A stretch of 64,000 nt of DNA from Minisyncoccota bacterium. Its GTDB lineage: Bacteria > Patescibacteriota > Minisyncoccia > Phycocordibacterales > UBA9973. Position numbers and translations under genes: made by a program. The stretch is taken from assembly GCA_031413715.1 (NCBI GenBank), contig JANOFO010000003.1, forward strand, positions 75,047 to 139,046, given 5' to 3'. This document shows positions 18,246 to 31,116 of this stretch, one piece after another. Under the pieces are notes generated by a model that was not told the origin of the DNA, ran no database searches, and saw only the letters and a program-made list of their open reading frames with translations. The first letter of the stretch is position 1; each line of letters starts with the position of its first letter.

Positions 18246-19667
18246 CTAGTTTTTGAGTGTATTCTCAAAGTCTTTCCCGACAGAAAAGAGAATATCTTCA
18301 CGCAAAGAAGGAGCCATAATGTGTAGACCTAGCGGCAGTCCACCCTCTGTTATACCAGAAGGGACTGATATGGCTGGAATGCCGACGATATTAGCAGGTA
18401 CGGTAAATAAATCTGACATATACATAGAAATAGGATCTTTCGATTTCTCGCCGAATTTGAATGCCGGGAACGGCACTGTCGGAGTGATAATAGCATCCAC
18501 TTCCAAAAACACATTAGCAAGCTCTTTAGAGATGGCGTTACGAACTTTTACTGCCTTGTTGTAGTAGGCATCGTAGTAGCCGTGAGAGAGTATATATGTG
18601 CCGAGAAGTATGCGGCGGCGAACTTCCTTGCCAAAGCCTTTCCCGCGCGTTTTTGTATATACATCAAAAAGTTTTGAGGCCTGCTCAGAGAGTCCATAAC
18701 GCATACCATCATAGCGTGCCAAATTACTTGAGACTTCGGCTGGCATCAAAATATAGTAGACCGGGAGTGAGTACTTAATGAGTGAAAGCGACACATCGAT
18801 AAGTTCATATCCGGCGCTCTCGAGTTTCTTGCAACTTTCTTCGAAGTTCGCAAGAACTTCTTTGTCTATCCCCTCACCCAAGAGGAATGATCGTGGAATA
18901 CCGATCTTCTTCTTAAGAGGCGAAGAGGTGAGTCGCTTCTCCTTCGGAATCGAGGTGCTATCATTTTTATCATATCCATTTATGGCTTCAAATAAGATCT
19001 CAACATCTCTGACCGTTTTGCCCATCGGACCAACTTGATCAAGAGAACTTCCCATGGCAATGATACCCGAACGTGAGACGGTGCCATAGGTTGATTTCAT
19101 CCCGACTACTCCGCAGAATGATGCTGGCTGGCGCACTGAGCCTCCTGTATCGGATCCAAGAGAGACAAGCGCTCCATCCATAGCGACAGCAGCTGCAGAA
19201 CCACCTGATGTGCCACCTGGCACACGCGATGTATCAAGAGGATTCTTGGTTATGCCGAAAGCACTCGTCTCAGTAGACGAACCCATAGCGAATTCATCCA
19301 TATTTACCCGGCCAAGCAATACCGCCCCTTGTGCTTTTAGCTGGGTGATAATTCCTGCATCGTATGTTGCTTTGTATCCTTCGAGAATTTTTGATCCGGC
19401 CGAGGCAACATGCCCTTCCACAAGCATATTATCCTTGAGCGCAAGCGGTATACCGGTCATGAGAGTGGCAGTTCCTTGCGCAAACATATCTTCAGCATGC
19501 TTTGCTTGTGCCACAACATCATCATACACTTCTAGATATGCATTTATATCTGTATTTTTTTCTTTTATAATCTCAAGATATTTATTTACTAAATCAGTAA
19601 CAGTAAAATCGCCATTTTTAAAATGCCCATGGGCCTTTTCAATTGTGAGAGTTTTTAAATCAATCAT
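18246..19667 (-). CDS. gatA: Glutamyl-tRNA(Gln) amidotransferase subunit A
   Basis: Amidase signature GGSSGGSAAAVA and the Ser-cisSer-Lys region. Confidence 0.9.
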   Translation of the reverse strand: MIDLKTLTIEKAHGHFKNGDFTVTDLVNKYLEIIKEKNTDINAYLEVYDDVVAQAKHAEDMFAQGTATLMTGIPLALKDNMLVEGHVASAGSKILEGYKATYDAGIITQLKAQGAVLLGRVNMDEFAMGSSTETSAFGITKNPLDTSRVPGGTSGGSAAAVAMDGALVSLGSDTGGSVRQPASFCGVVGMKSTYGTVSRSGIIAMGSSLDQVGPMGKTVRDVEILFEAINGYDKNDSTSIPKEKRLTSSPLKKKIGIPRSFLLGEGIDKEVLANFEESCKKLESAGYELIDVSLSLIKYSLPVYYILMPAEVSSNLARYDGMRYGLSEQASKLFDVYTKTRGKGFGKEVRRRILLGTYILSHGYYDAYYNKAVKVRNAISKELANVFLEVDAIITPTVPFPAFKFGEKSKDPISMYMSDLFTVPANIVGIPAISVPSGITEGGLPLGLHIMAPSLREDILFSVGKDFENTLKN

Positions 19668-19942
19668 AAAATCTGCTTTACCTTAAGGAATCCATCTTGT
19701 GTATCTGGCATCTCTCTAAGAATTTTATCTGTATATGAACCTGCTACATTTATGACTATATCATCGCGCATTATATTCTCTAGTATATAGTCGGGTTCGG
19801 TATCGGAGAGTTCGGAGAGTTCCTGAACCTGACCTACATACGCCAAAATAGAGTCAAAGTCTTTGGCTATGTCTGCAAGTTCATCTTGCTTCATATCAAT
19901 ACGGGCCCTCTCGGCAAGTTTTTTAATATCATCCAATTGCAT
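19664..19942 (-). CDS. gatC: Asp/Glu-tRNA amidotransferase subunit C
   Basis: About 90 aa, sits 4 nt from gatA, with a GatC-like motif (ILAYVGQVQEL). Confidence 0.8.
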   Translation of the reverse strand: MQLDDIKKLAERARIDMKQDELADIAKDFDSILAYVGQVQELSELSDTEPDYILENIMRDDIVINVAGSYTDKILREMPDTQDGFLKVKQIL

Positions 19943-19961
19943 TCCCTTACAATAGCATATT

Positions 19962-22471
<2,510 letters not shown>

Positions 22472-22472
22472 A

Positions 22473-23072
22473 TTATTTTTGCCAATTAAGAAGACTGACA
22501 ACGAGTGATCGGGAACGAACCAACTTTCCATTTAGCCACTCAACAGTGACTTTCACATCTATCTCATCCGCTCTGTTCGGATTGACTGACATGATCACCT
22601 GCCTTTTAAAATTGACAGGAGTGCCGGAATTATATGTATAAAAGCTGTCATTTAGGGCATCTGGATCATATAGAAAGACCGGGCAATGTGAAACTCCAAA
22701 GCTAGGCAAAGTCGCGCAGGGTCGTATCGAGGTTGGATCAGCCGGCTCAACATAACACCCCTGGTCTGTATCGGAAAAATTGGCAAAGCACTCTCCCGCT
22801 ACATACTTCGCTATAAAATTATCCCATCCATCATTGATACTTGGGTCATTGTTCTGAAAAGCTATCGTGTCGCGATCATTCCTTATAAAATCAACAGCTT
22901 CTTGTAGCATATAATTCGCAGTAAGTTCATTCTGAGAATAGCGGGCAGAAAAGAGACTACTGGAAGCGAGACCAAAGAAAGCATCGAGCGCTACTGCCAA
23001 TATAAAGATAGCGACCATTGTCTCAACAAGAGTGAAACCGCGATTATTCTTTTTTTGAGTAGAAAATTTCAT
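22473..23072 (-). CDS. Type IV minor pilin / pseudopilin
   Basis: Class III leader peptide ...NRGFTLVETMVAIFIL. Start taken at the internal Met MKFSTQKK. Confidence 0.75.
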   Translation of the reverse strand: MKFSTQKKNNRGFTLVETMVAIFILAVALDAFFGLASSSLFSARYSQNELTANYMLQEAVDFIRNDRDTIAFQNNDPSINDGWDNFIAKYVAGECFANFSDTDQGCYVEPADPTSIRPCATLPSFGVSHCPVFLYDPDALNDSFYTYNSGTPVNFKRQVIMSVNPNRADEIDVKVTVEWLNGKLVRSRSLVVSLLNWQK

Positions 23073-23073
23073 A

Positions 23074-23706
23074 TTATTCTGTATTTCTTTGTGAGACATT
23101 TGTTTGAATTGCAAAAGTGGTTGCTCGCCCCTTGATAGTAACAACACCCTTGATGATAATATAAACACTCGGCTGTATTCTGTCATCTGTACGTGAACCA
23201 TTGACGAAGAAGGTCAATTTTTGGATATCGATATTAGAAGCCACTAGATCAAGACAACTGCTTGGATCGCAACTCTGGAGTACATACGTATTTGTTGCAT
23301 CACCTCGGGCAGTGAGAGTAAAAGCTGCATCTCGAGGTTGAGCATGGCCGGCTGGGGTAAAAATTATTGCCCCTCCACCTCCGCTACCTAAAGGACAGTC
23401 ATTGTTCGCTCCGGCCGGTAATGATACAGAGCCTCCGGTGACACAGGTGTAATCAGTCCCCATGCGAAGCGATCGTGTCATGCTCTCTAGAGCAAAATTC
23501 ACATTATCCATTGCGGTTCGAAGTGCTTGGGCTTTTTTAGCAGCGTCTGAGGTCGTAATAAGCGCACCCATGGCCATAAGCATGATGATCATAAAGATAG
23601 AGGTTGCAACCATAATCTCTATGAGAGTGAATCCGCCTGAAACTTTCTTTGAAAAGTTTTGGTGGATAAAGCCGGTATTTTTTTGTTTATTAAAAATTTT
23701 TTTCAT
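23074..23706 (-). CDS. Type IV minor pilin / pseudopilin
   Basis: GGFTLIEIMVATSIFMII leader. Start taken at MKKIFNKQ. Confidence 0.75.
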   Translation of the reverse strand: MKKIFNKQKNTGFIHQNFSKKVSGGFTLIEIMVATSIFMIIMLMAMGALITTSDAAKKAQALRTAMDNVNFALESMTRSLRMGTDYTCVTGGSVSLPAGANNDCPLGSGGGGAIIFTPAGHAQPRDAAFTLTARGDATNTYVLQSCDPSSCLDLVASNIDIQKLTFFVNGSRTDDRIQPSVYIIIKGVVTIKGRATTFAIQTNVSQRNTE

Positions 23707-23731
23707 CGGATTTACAAAATCATACATGACA

Positions 23732-24427
23732 TTATTGTATGCTAATCTGACCCACATTTGAAACGGTAATAGTTTTTATTTCTTTACTAAGTGTGTTTTC
23801 TACCTTAATATCTATACTTGTAAGCGATTGACTACAAGTACCGCCACCTTCCTCATAAAGGCATATATAGGCATTGGGGTTGGGGCGAAGGAACGTGATA
23901 TCCACAGAAGCATTAGTGCTACATGTCTCTGGATCACTATTTGGACAGAGAGAGGCAATTGTATCGTTACTTGTTATCGTAAGAAAATTGAAACATTCAC
24001 TGCCTGCTTCCAACGTTGTTACGTTGCAGACTGTTGAACTCGCGCCGCCCTGATCGTAGTCGTAGAATTTATTCTGAATCCCATTAATGTCAGGGATGTC
24101 CGCAAAGATAACGAATGATTTATTGGAACCTGCAATTGCAGGCTGATCCTTGATTGTAGTGAGATGAATTCCGTATCCATTCGAGAAAGTATTTATTGCA
24201 TTTTCGACTCCTATGGCATAACTCTGGGCTAGGCGAACTGATAATGCGATATCATCTGCCAAATTCTGTAAAGAAACAGCAGAACGGAAACGGCCATAAT
24301 CAAAGACTGTGAGTCCAGCAACTATCAAAAATATTGCAAGAACGACCATGAGTTCCACAAGGGTCATACCCCTTTCCTTTAATACAGAACTTCGGTTATA
24401 TTTTATTTTAAGTAAGTTTTTTAACAT
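23732..24427 (-). CDS. Type IV minor pilin / pseudopilin
   Basis: RGMTLVELMVVLAIFLIVAG leader. Confidence 0.75.
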   Translation of the reverse strand: MLKNLLKIKYNRSSVLKERGMTLVELMVVLAIFLIVAGLTVFDYGRFRSAVSLQNLADDIALSVRLAQSYAIGVENAINTFSNGYGIHLTTIKDQPAIAGSNKSFVIFADIPDINGIQNKFYDYDQGGASSTVCNVTTLEAGSECFNFLTITSNDTIASLCPNSDPETCSTNASVDITFLRPNPNAYICLYEEGGGTCSQSLTSIDIKVENTLSKEIKTITVSNVGQISIQ

Positions 24428-24442
24428 ACACAAAGGAGTTAT

Positions 24443-25255
24443 TTACAGACGAAATAACGATGTCAATGTAAATATATCGAGATTGAATAAAAATACAACA
24501 AGCGTACTTATGATAAGAAATGGAGCAAATGGTATCTCGGTCTTCAAGCTCATGCGTGTGCGGGAAAAGAACATAATAAAAAGACTCACAACCGCCCCCA
24601 TCCAAAATGAAAGCGTAATAGCGGCGAGACCGAGGACTGGTCCCAGCATCCACCCAATGCCAAGCACAAGCTTGGCATCCCCTAAGCCCATCCATCTACC
24701 ACGCGAGATGAGCCACAAAAGTCCGAACGGCAAGGCAAAAAGAGGACCTGAAACAACATCAAGAAGTGAAGCTTTTATAAAAAGAGGTCCAATACCTGTG
24801 TGATTGATAAAAATTGAAAGAAAAGAGAAAAATGCATATACATAGACTAGCTTATCGGGGATAATCTTGTGCCTGATATCATACACAGAGATCACTATAA
24901 GTAGAGAAAATATAAAAGAAAATAAAATGACAAGGAATATATATGAACTTTGCGAGAATGAAAGAACATTCAAGAAATGAAAAGCCAAGAGGGTAAAAAT
25001 CAAACCAGTCCCGAATTCAACAAGCGGATATTGATGCGAGATACTGCTTGCGCAACTGCGGCAGCGGCCAGACTGAATCAAGAAAGAAAAGATAGGGATG
25101 AGTTCGTACCAAGCAAGTTTGTGATTGCAAGTCATACAGATTGATCTCCCACGTATAATTGATTTGCTAGTATTAAATCTATAGATAACGACATTGAGAA
25201 AACTGCCGATGATAGTACCGAGAAGGAAAATGAAGATAAAGGCAAGGACGTACAT
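24443..25255 (-). CDS. pilD: Prepilin peptidase (A24 family)
   Basis: N-terminal Cys-x-x-Cys zinc-binding segment (CMTCNHKLAW...CRSC) and a polytopic peptidase domain. Confidence 0.85.
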   Translation of the reverse strand: MYVLAFIFIFLLGTIIGSFLNVVIYRFNTSKSIIRGRSICMTCNHKLAWYELIPIFSFLIQSGRCRSCASSISHQYPLVEFGTGLIFTLLAFHFLNVLSFSQSSYIFLVILFSFIFSLLIVISVYDIRHKIIPDKLVYVYAFFSFLSIFINHTGIGPLFIKASLLDVVSGPLFALPFGLLWLISRGRWMGLGDAKLVLGIGWMLGPVLGLAAITLSFWMGAVVSLFIMFFSRTRMSLKTEIPFAPFLIISTLVVFLFNLDIFTLTSLFRL

Positions 25256-25280
25256 GCGTATAGTATATCATTTGCACAAC

Positions 25281-25308
25281 AAAAAACCACCGGATAGAGT
25301 GGTTTTTT
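25281..25308 (-). terminator. Hairpin terminator or attenuator after the major pilin gene
   Basis: aaaaaaccac-cggataga-gtggtttttt. Confidence 0.6.
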
Positions 25309-25335
25309 GAGAGAACAGAACACAATAATCAAACA

Positions 25336-25878
25336 TTAGTTACACAAGTAGCTCGTAGAGTTTGCGTTTGTGTATCCACCTTGACCAGCACCAACTGTTG
25401 TCCAGTTAGCAAGTACTGTTGGAGCAGTGATAACGATAGTTCCAGTCTTTGTTGTACCTGTGTAATCAACACAGAATGTACCTGTCGAAGTCTCAGTGAT
25501 GAAGAACCATTTTCCGCCATTACCAGCAGTAGTTGATTCTGAACCAGCATAGAAATCAGTACCCACATTTAATCCTCCGACCAAAGTTGTTAGACTATTG
25601 CTGGCTGCTGTATCGGCGAACAAGCTAACTGCTGATGTAATAGGGTTAGTACCCGCTGTTACAATAACACCGACAGCAGGAGCATGAGCGACAGCTGTAC
25701 CGGACGGTACCCAAAGCTGAGCCTGAGCGCGCATTGAAGAGACTTGTGACACGTTTTTTGCGTCTAGACCTTTAGCACGAGCGCTTGAAAGCGCCGCGAG
25801 CACGACTGATGCCAAGATACCAATGATCGCGATAACGACCAAGAGTTCGATAAGCGTGAAACCTTTATTTTTATTCAT
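25336..25878 (-). CDS. pilA: Type IV major pilin
   Basis: MNKNKGFTLIELLVVIAIIGILASVVLAAL. The C-terminal region is Thr/Gly-rich. Confidence 0.9.
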   Translation of the reverse strand: MNKNKGFTLIELLVVIAIIGILASVVLAALSSARAKGLDAKNVSQVSSMRAQAQLWVPSGTAVAHAPAVGVIVTAGTNPITSAVSLFADTAASNSLTTLVGGLNVGTDFYAGSESTTAGNGGKWFFITETSTGTFCVDYTGTTKTGTIVITAPTVLANWTTVGAGQGGYTNANSTSYLCN

Positions 25879-25944
25879 ACTAAATTTAATTCTATTAATT
25901 GTGTGTCTTTATATAAAAGACGCGACCTTATTTTTAATACGCTC

Positions 25945-25950
25945 ATTATA
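25945..25950 (-). promoter_or_regulatory. Candidate -10 box (TATAAT on the minus strand) about 70 nt upstream of pilA
   Basis: gtgaTATAATgagc on the minus strand. No clean -35. Confidence 0.3.
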
Positions 25951-26009
25951 TCACGGAACAGCTCAAAAAGTGCAATGGAAAGCCTTCCTGTGGATATCTT
26001 TGATATCTT

Positions 26010-27227
26010 TTACTGTATTCCTCCTGCAATGTTGTAAATAGGCATGAGCACCGAAGTAAGGAGAAGTCCGACACCAACACCGAGACCGACGATCATAAGA
26101 GGCTCAATCAATCCAACAAGCGTGTCAACAGCATCATTAACTTCACGACTATAGAAATGTCCGAGGGTCTTTAAGATATTCCCAAGTGATCCTGTCTCTT
26201 CACCAACTCTAACCATGCCTGACATAATAGGTGGTATTTCCTTGTGGTGAGACAGAGCATCGGAAAAAGAACTGCCGCCTTTGACCTCTTCGGACACTTT
26301 GGTGAGTATATCTTGATACACACGATTTCCCACGATATCAGCAGTCAGTTCAATAGCTCGGACAATGGGAATACCTGAGGAGAGCATTGTGTCCATATTA
26401 TCGGAAATTCGTGAAAGATAAAGTTTGGTGTATATATTTTTAAAAACTGGAGTTGTGATCTTGATCCTATCAAGATACATTCTGCCGGAGCGAGAACGGC
26501 TAAGCTTGTACATATACATAACAAAAAGTGCCAGTCCGATGAGAATAAAGATACCATAGTTAACGAGGAGGTCGCTAATACCCAAGACGATTTTAGTAGA
26601 GAATGGTAGTGCTTGTCCCGATTCTTCAATAATGACTGCAAGCCTCGGCACAATAAATACAAACATCAGGGTCATCACCATGATAAAAACACCGACGACA
26701 AATCCTGGATAGACAAGGGCATTTTTCGTTTTGGATGTAAGTTGGTATTGTCGATCAAGATAATCGGCCAAGTAAGCAAACGTCTGAGTGAGCTTCCCTG
26801 ACTCTTCTCCCGCCTTGACCATATTCACATAGAAACTCGAGAATGCTTCTGGGTGCTTCGCAAGAGCCTGCGATATAGATGTACCTGAGGAAATGTCATC
26901 AGAGATATTCGTTAGCACTTTGATCAGAGATTTGTTTTCTGTATTCGTCGCAAGAAGATTGAAAGCTTTGAGAGCTGACACTTGCGCTTCGAAAAGTGTA
27001 GAGATCTGTCGAGACATGATAACCACGTCTTTCATAGATACTTTTTTCTCAAAGAAAGACATATTCATGATACTCTTGAAATCTTTTTTGCCGCTCCCTT
27101 CTCCTACTGACAAAACGATGAGTCCTCTACGCTGAATAGCGGCAATGGCTGAATCCTTGGAGCTCGCGTCTACGGATCCTTTTTTTCTTTCGCCTGTATT
27201 TGATATAGCTTCGTAATCAAAGAGCAT
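26010..27227 (-). CDS. pilC: Type IV pilus inner-membrane platform protein (GspF/PilC family)
   Basis: Two T2SSF repeats and three TM segments. Confidence 0.9.
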   Translation of the reverse strand: MLFDYEAISNTGERKKGSVDASSKDSAIAAIQRRGLIVLSVGEGSGKKDFKSIMNMSFFEKKVSMKDVVIMSRQISTLFEAQVSALKAFNLLATNTENKSLIKVLTNISDDISSGTSISQALAKHPEAFSSFYVNMVKAGEESGKLTQTFAYLADYLDRQYQLTSKTKNALVYPGFVVGVFIMVMTLMFVFIVPRLAVIIEESGQALPFSTKIVLGISDLLVNYGIFILIGLALFVMYMYKLSRSRSGRMYLDRIKITTPVFKNIYTKLYLSRISDNMDTMLSSGIPIVRAIELTADIVGNRVYQDILTKVSEEVKGGSSFSDALSHHKEIPPIMSGMVRVGEETGSLGNILKTLGHFYSREVNDAVDTLVGLIEPLMIVGLGVGVGLLLTSVLMPIYNIAGGIQ

Positions 27228-27232
27228 AATAT

Positions 27233-28291
27233 TTAGAGCATGCGCTCAAGAGCTTTAGGATTAATAGAATACTGATAGGCAGATTCCATGCTGATCTCCC
27301 CTTTCTGTATCAGTTCCACAAGAGATCTATTCATATCCACCATGCCTTGATCTGAAGATGTCTCGATCACGTTGGAGATCTCGTGAGTGCGTTTCTCTCG
27401 TATCAAGTTAGCGACAGCATTGTTGTTAATGAGAAGTTCGTACGCCGGTATACGTCCGCCTGAAATGCGAGGAATAAGTCTTTGCGAGAATACTCCAAGA
27501 AGGCTCGAAGAGAGTTGGAGTCGAATTTGATCCTGTTGAGATGAAGGGAACGAGTCTATAATACGATCGATTGTTTGAGCTGCATTGTTTGTATGGAGTG
27601 TCGAGAAAACCAAGTGCCCAGTCTCGGCAGCTGTTACCGCAGCAGCCATAGTATCAGGACTGCGCATTTCGCCGATGAAAATAACATTCACATCCTCACG
27701 GAAAACGGACTTTAGAGCTACAGGAAAATCTTTCGTGTCATCACCAACTTCACGCTGGTCAATAATGGATTTCTCTGGTTCGTAGATAAATTCAATGGGG
27801 TCTTCAATAGTTACAATATGACTTGCTCTTGATTTATTTATCATATTTATCATTGTTGAGAGCGTAGTTGACTTACCTTGACCAACAGGACCGACAACAA
27901 GGAAAAATCCCTGATTTTTCTGAGTGAAAGACTCAAGTATTGGCGGAAGATTAAGTTCTTGGAAAGATTTCGCTTTCGGAATGAGACGGAGAGTCATTGC
28001 TATAAGACCTCTTTGGAAGAAAGCGTTACCGCGCAGATGCGTTGTTTCTTTAAATGAATAAGAGAAATCTACTTCTTTCTCTTCGGTAAATTTCTTGGTT
28101 CGTTCTTTGCCGATAATCACTTCAAGAACTCCTATCATATCCTCTTTCGTAGTCACTTCTTGGTTAACAAGAAAGAGAAGTTCTCCATTGATACGCATTG
28201 CTGGCTTGCGACCTGCTCCCAAATGCAAGTCTGATCCGTCTTCATGCATCAAACTCGTTAATAGCTCATCTATGTATTTCTCGTAGTTCAT
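27233..28291 (-). CDS. pilT: Twitching-motility (retraction) ATPase PilT
   Basis: Walker A GPVGQGKSTT, an Asp box, a His box (GHLVFSTLHTN), and a PilT-sized length of 352 aa. Confidence 0.85.
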   Translation of the reverse strand: MNYEKYIDELLTSLMHEDGSDLHLGAGRKPAMRINGELLFLVNQEVTTKEDMIGVLEVIIGKERTKKFTEEKEVDFSYSFKETTHLRGNAFFQRGLIAMTLRLIPKAKSFQELNLPPILESFTQKNQGFFLVVGPVGQGKSTTLSTMINMINKSRASHIVTIEDPIEFIYEPEKSIIDQREVGDDTKDFPVALKSVFREDVNVIFIGEMRSPDTMAAAVTAAETGHLVFSTLHTNNAAQTIDRIIDSFPSSQQDQIRLQLSSSLLGVFSQRLIPRISGGRIPAYELLINNNAVANLIREKRTHEISNVIETSSDQGMVDMNRSLVELIQKGEISMESAYQYSINPKALERML

Positions 28292-28683
28292 ATCGCTGAT
28301 TTTTTGCTGTTAATAATGCTCGATACTTTCTCGATAACTTCGGTCGGCGTACTTGAAGCTTTGACAATATATCCAGAAGCTCCGAGTGATTCCCCGCGAG
28401 CAATATCTGAAGGTTGACCTCTGTTTGAGAGAATGATGAAAATAGTTTTTTCTGCAAGGTGATCTTCTTTCATTTTCTCCATAAGTTCAAATCCATCCAT
28501 CACTGGCATTACGATATCCAAAAGCATAACATCGGGGACGAATCCTTGGTGAAGTTTTTCAAGAGCTGGCTCGGGGCCGAGTGCAGTCGTCACTGCAAAA
28601 TTCGACTGGTTGAACTTAAGGGCATACATATCCAAAAGAAAGCTATCGTCGTCAACAATAAAGATTTTTTTCTTAGGTTCCAT
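28288..28683 (-). CDS. Single-domain response regulator (CheY-like receiver) embedded in the pilus operon
   Basis: KIFIVDDDSFLLD...DVMLLDIVMPVMDGFE...K. No output domain. Confidence 0.85.
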   Translation of the reverse strand: MEPKKKIFIVDDDSFLLDMYALKFNQSNFAVTTALGPEPALEKLHQGFVPDVMLLDIVMPVMDGFELMEKMKEDHLAEKTIFIILSNRGQPSDIARGESLGASGYIVKASSTPTEVIEKVSSIINSKKSAI

Positions 28684-28725
28684 GTATACGTATTATATTA
28701 TAGTTATAATCCTTTTCCTATAGGA

Positions 28726-30462
28726 CTAGTAGTTGTAAATCTCCTTGAACGGTATATCACCATGAAGGGCTTTGACTATAGCATCCTCGCGTATAGAGAG
28801 CATGCCGCGAGTCCGAGCCAATTTATAGATTTCCTGCTCTTGAGGCTTCTTCAAGATTATATCTTGCATTTCCTTATCAACACTAAACATCTCAAATAGC
28901 GCCATGCGTCCGCGGAGTCCTGAGGGGCATTCAGATGATGGCACGGCTTCATATATAGTATTGCCGATATTCAATTTTGATTTAAACTCTTCCGGCAAAT
29001 CTGAAAACTGCTTATCGAGCATGACTCTGGTTGCCTCATCAATCGGAATTTCATGTTTTGAGGCCGGATAAATACGGTGCGCCAAGCGTTGGGCGATGCA
29101 AAGTACAAGTGTCGGAGCTATCAGATATGGATCAATACCCATATTGATTAAACGCGGGATGGCGCCAATAGAAGAATTTGTATGGAGAGTTGAAAAGACA
29201 AGGTGTCCGGTAAGAGCCGCTTGGATAGCAAGCTCGGCTGTTTCTTTATCGCGGATCTCTCCCACATAGATAATATCGGGGTCCTGACGAAGAATGGAAC
29301 GCAGACCCGAGGCAAATGTATACCCGATTTCCGGCATGACTTGGGATTGATTAATACCCTCTATATGATATTCAACCGGATCTTCAAGCGAGATGATATT
29401 TTGCGCTTCGTGATCAAGTTCATTGATCATCGAGTAAAGAGTCGTAGTCTTACCTGAACCAGTCGGACCAGTAATAAGAATAAGTCCGTAGGGTTTGTCC
29501 AAGGCATCACGTACAAGCGCCAAATTTTCAGGCGACATATCGAGTTTATCAAGCGGCTGCACGCCTTTCTGTGAATCGAGGATTCTCATTTCTATTTTCT
29601 CTCCATAATACGATGGCATCGTAGAGACACGAAAATCAATCTTGCGGCCATCAATTTTAGCAGAAAATCCTCCGTCCTGAGGTTTGCGCTTTTCATCAAG
29701 ACGAAGCTTGGCTAATATTTTTATACGGGCAACAACTCCGTTATATACACTGATCGGAAGAACTAGTGATGTGTGGAGAGTTCCATCGACACGAAATCGA
29801 ACACGTATCTTATCTCCTAAGTTTTCTATATGGATATCAGAGGCTGAACCTTCAGTCGCATGACGAAGTATTACTGCTACAATCTTTATGATCGGAGCAT
29901 CTTCGACAATCTTTTCCTCTTCACCGGGTTTTAAACTGTCAGATGTTTTTACACTTGTTTCAATACTAACCTTGTCGTTCTTATTGCTCTCAATCTCTGC
30001 GTCAAGCTCAGAAAGCGCTTGATCGACTTGGCTATCGAGTCCCTCATAAGAGCTTAACAGCTTGTCATAGACCGAAGTTTTAATGAGAAAAAGTTTGAAC
30101 GGTTTACTTAATTTTGCCGTGATAAATGTCAGTGCATCCATTGCCTGTACGTTTTCAGGATCTATAATACCAATCTCAAGAACAGAGTCATTTTCGCCAA
30201 TAGGCACAAAGCGATAAATTTTGGCAGCGTCGACAGGAATAAGTTTCAGGATTGCAGACGGAATTGCTTTCGGGTCTACTTCCTTTGAGGGAATATTGAA
30301 GAGGGCTTCTTTTATCTTAAGAATTTTATCTTCATCGAGATTGAAATTTAGGAGAGCTTCGTCTATGCTACCATTATATTTTTCCTCGGCAATTTTTATG
30401 ATTTCAAGTACCTGCTCTTCTTTTATAATATTATTTTGAACCAGGGCTTCAAGAAGTGTCAT
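28726..30462 (-). CDS. pilB: Type IV pilus assembly (extension) ATPase, GspE/PilB family
   Basis: N-terminal GSPII domain. Walker A GPTGSGKTTTL and HLVFSTLHTN. Confidence 0.9.
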   Translation of the reverse strand: MTLLEALVQNNIIKEEQVLEIIKIAEEKYNGSIDEALLNFNLDEDKILKIKEALFNIPSKEVDPKAIPSAILKLIPVDAAKIYRFVPIGENDSVLEIGIIDPENVQAMDALTFITAKLSKPFKLFLIKTSVYDKLLSSYEGLDSQVDQALSELDAEIESNKNDKVSIETSVKTSDSLKPGEEEKIVEDAPIIKIVAVILRHATEGSASDIHIENLGDKIRVRFRVDGTLHTSLVLPISVYNGVVARIKILAKLRLDEKRKPQDGGFSAKIDGRKIDFRVSTMPSYYGEKIEMRILDSQKGVQPLDKLDMSPENLALVRDALDKPYGLILITGPTGSGKTTTLYSMINELDHEAQNIISLEDPVEYHIEGINQSQVMPEIGYTFASGLRSILRQDPDIIYVGEIRDKETAELAIQAALTGHLVFSTLHTNSSIGAIPRLINMGIDPYLIAPTLVLCIAQRLAHRIYPASKHEIPIDEATRVMLDKQFSDLPEEFKSKLNIGNTIYEAVPSSECPSGLRGRMALFEMFSVDKEMQDIILKKPQEQEIYKLARTRGMLSIREDAIVKALHGDIPFKEIYNY

Positions 30463-30464
30463 AG

Positions 30465-31115
30465 TTAGTTTGTATCGAAAGAGATTATCTCGCCAAAGTG
30501 AAGTGTGCCATTTATTTTTGCTACAGCACGGAAGAAATATGGAGTACGAGACGCGAGTCCATTAACAGTAGTGACAAACGTACCGATGAGAGACTGCTTG
30601 ACGGGAGCTGTTGATTTACCTAAAACTTCTGTCGGTCCGTATTCAAAATAGGTAGTGGTGACTCCTGTCGCTTCATCGCTTAAGGTTCCATTTAAAACCG
30701 CAGACTTGTTGGTAATTCCTGTTACGCTGTTTGTTATGACAGGAGAGACTGGCGCAGTATCCTCGGGAATGCTTGTATTGATGGGCGCGAATGGATTAGG
30801 ACGACCAGTAGGACTCGCTTGAAGCAAGACAGTGTTGTCATTGAGAGCGTTAAAAGAAGCGCGGGAAAATAACGAGGTGTCAATCTTAATCTTCGTGAGT
30901 GATGTAAGAGTTAGAAGGAAAGCAGTATCTTCTGCAATCTGCTGATCTTCACTTTGTATTACGCTGGCAGAAATATCACCCAAGGAAGAAGAAACAAGAG
31001 ACGATGACGGAGTATCAGCATGCACCTTCAAATCATTTGAGAAATAGACGTAAACTCCTCCGAGGATAATGGCGATGGCTGATATTATTAAAAATTTGTG
31101 ATATGTAGTATTCAT
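30465..31115 (-). CDS. Pilus-cluster membrane-anchored protein (PilP-position), hypothetical
   Basis: Single TM helix. The C-terminal region is a beta-rich, Fn3-like domain. Confidence 0.4.
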   Translation of the reverse strand: MNTTYHKFLIISAIAIILGGVYVYFSNDLKVHADTPSSSLVSSSLGDISASVIQSEDQQIAEDTAFLLTLTSLTKIKIDTSLFSRASFNALNDNTVLLQASPTGRPNPFAPINTSIPEDTAPVSPVITNSVTGITNKSAVLNGTLSDEATGVTTTYFEYGPTEVLGKSTAPVKQSLIGTFVTTVNGLASRTPYFFRAVAKINGTLHFGEIISFDTN

Positions 31116-31116
31116 T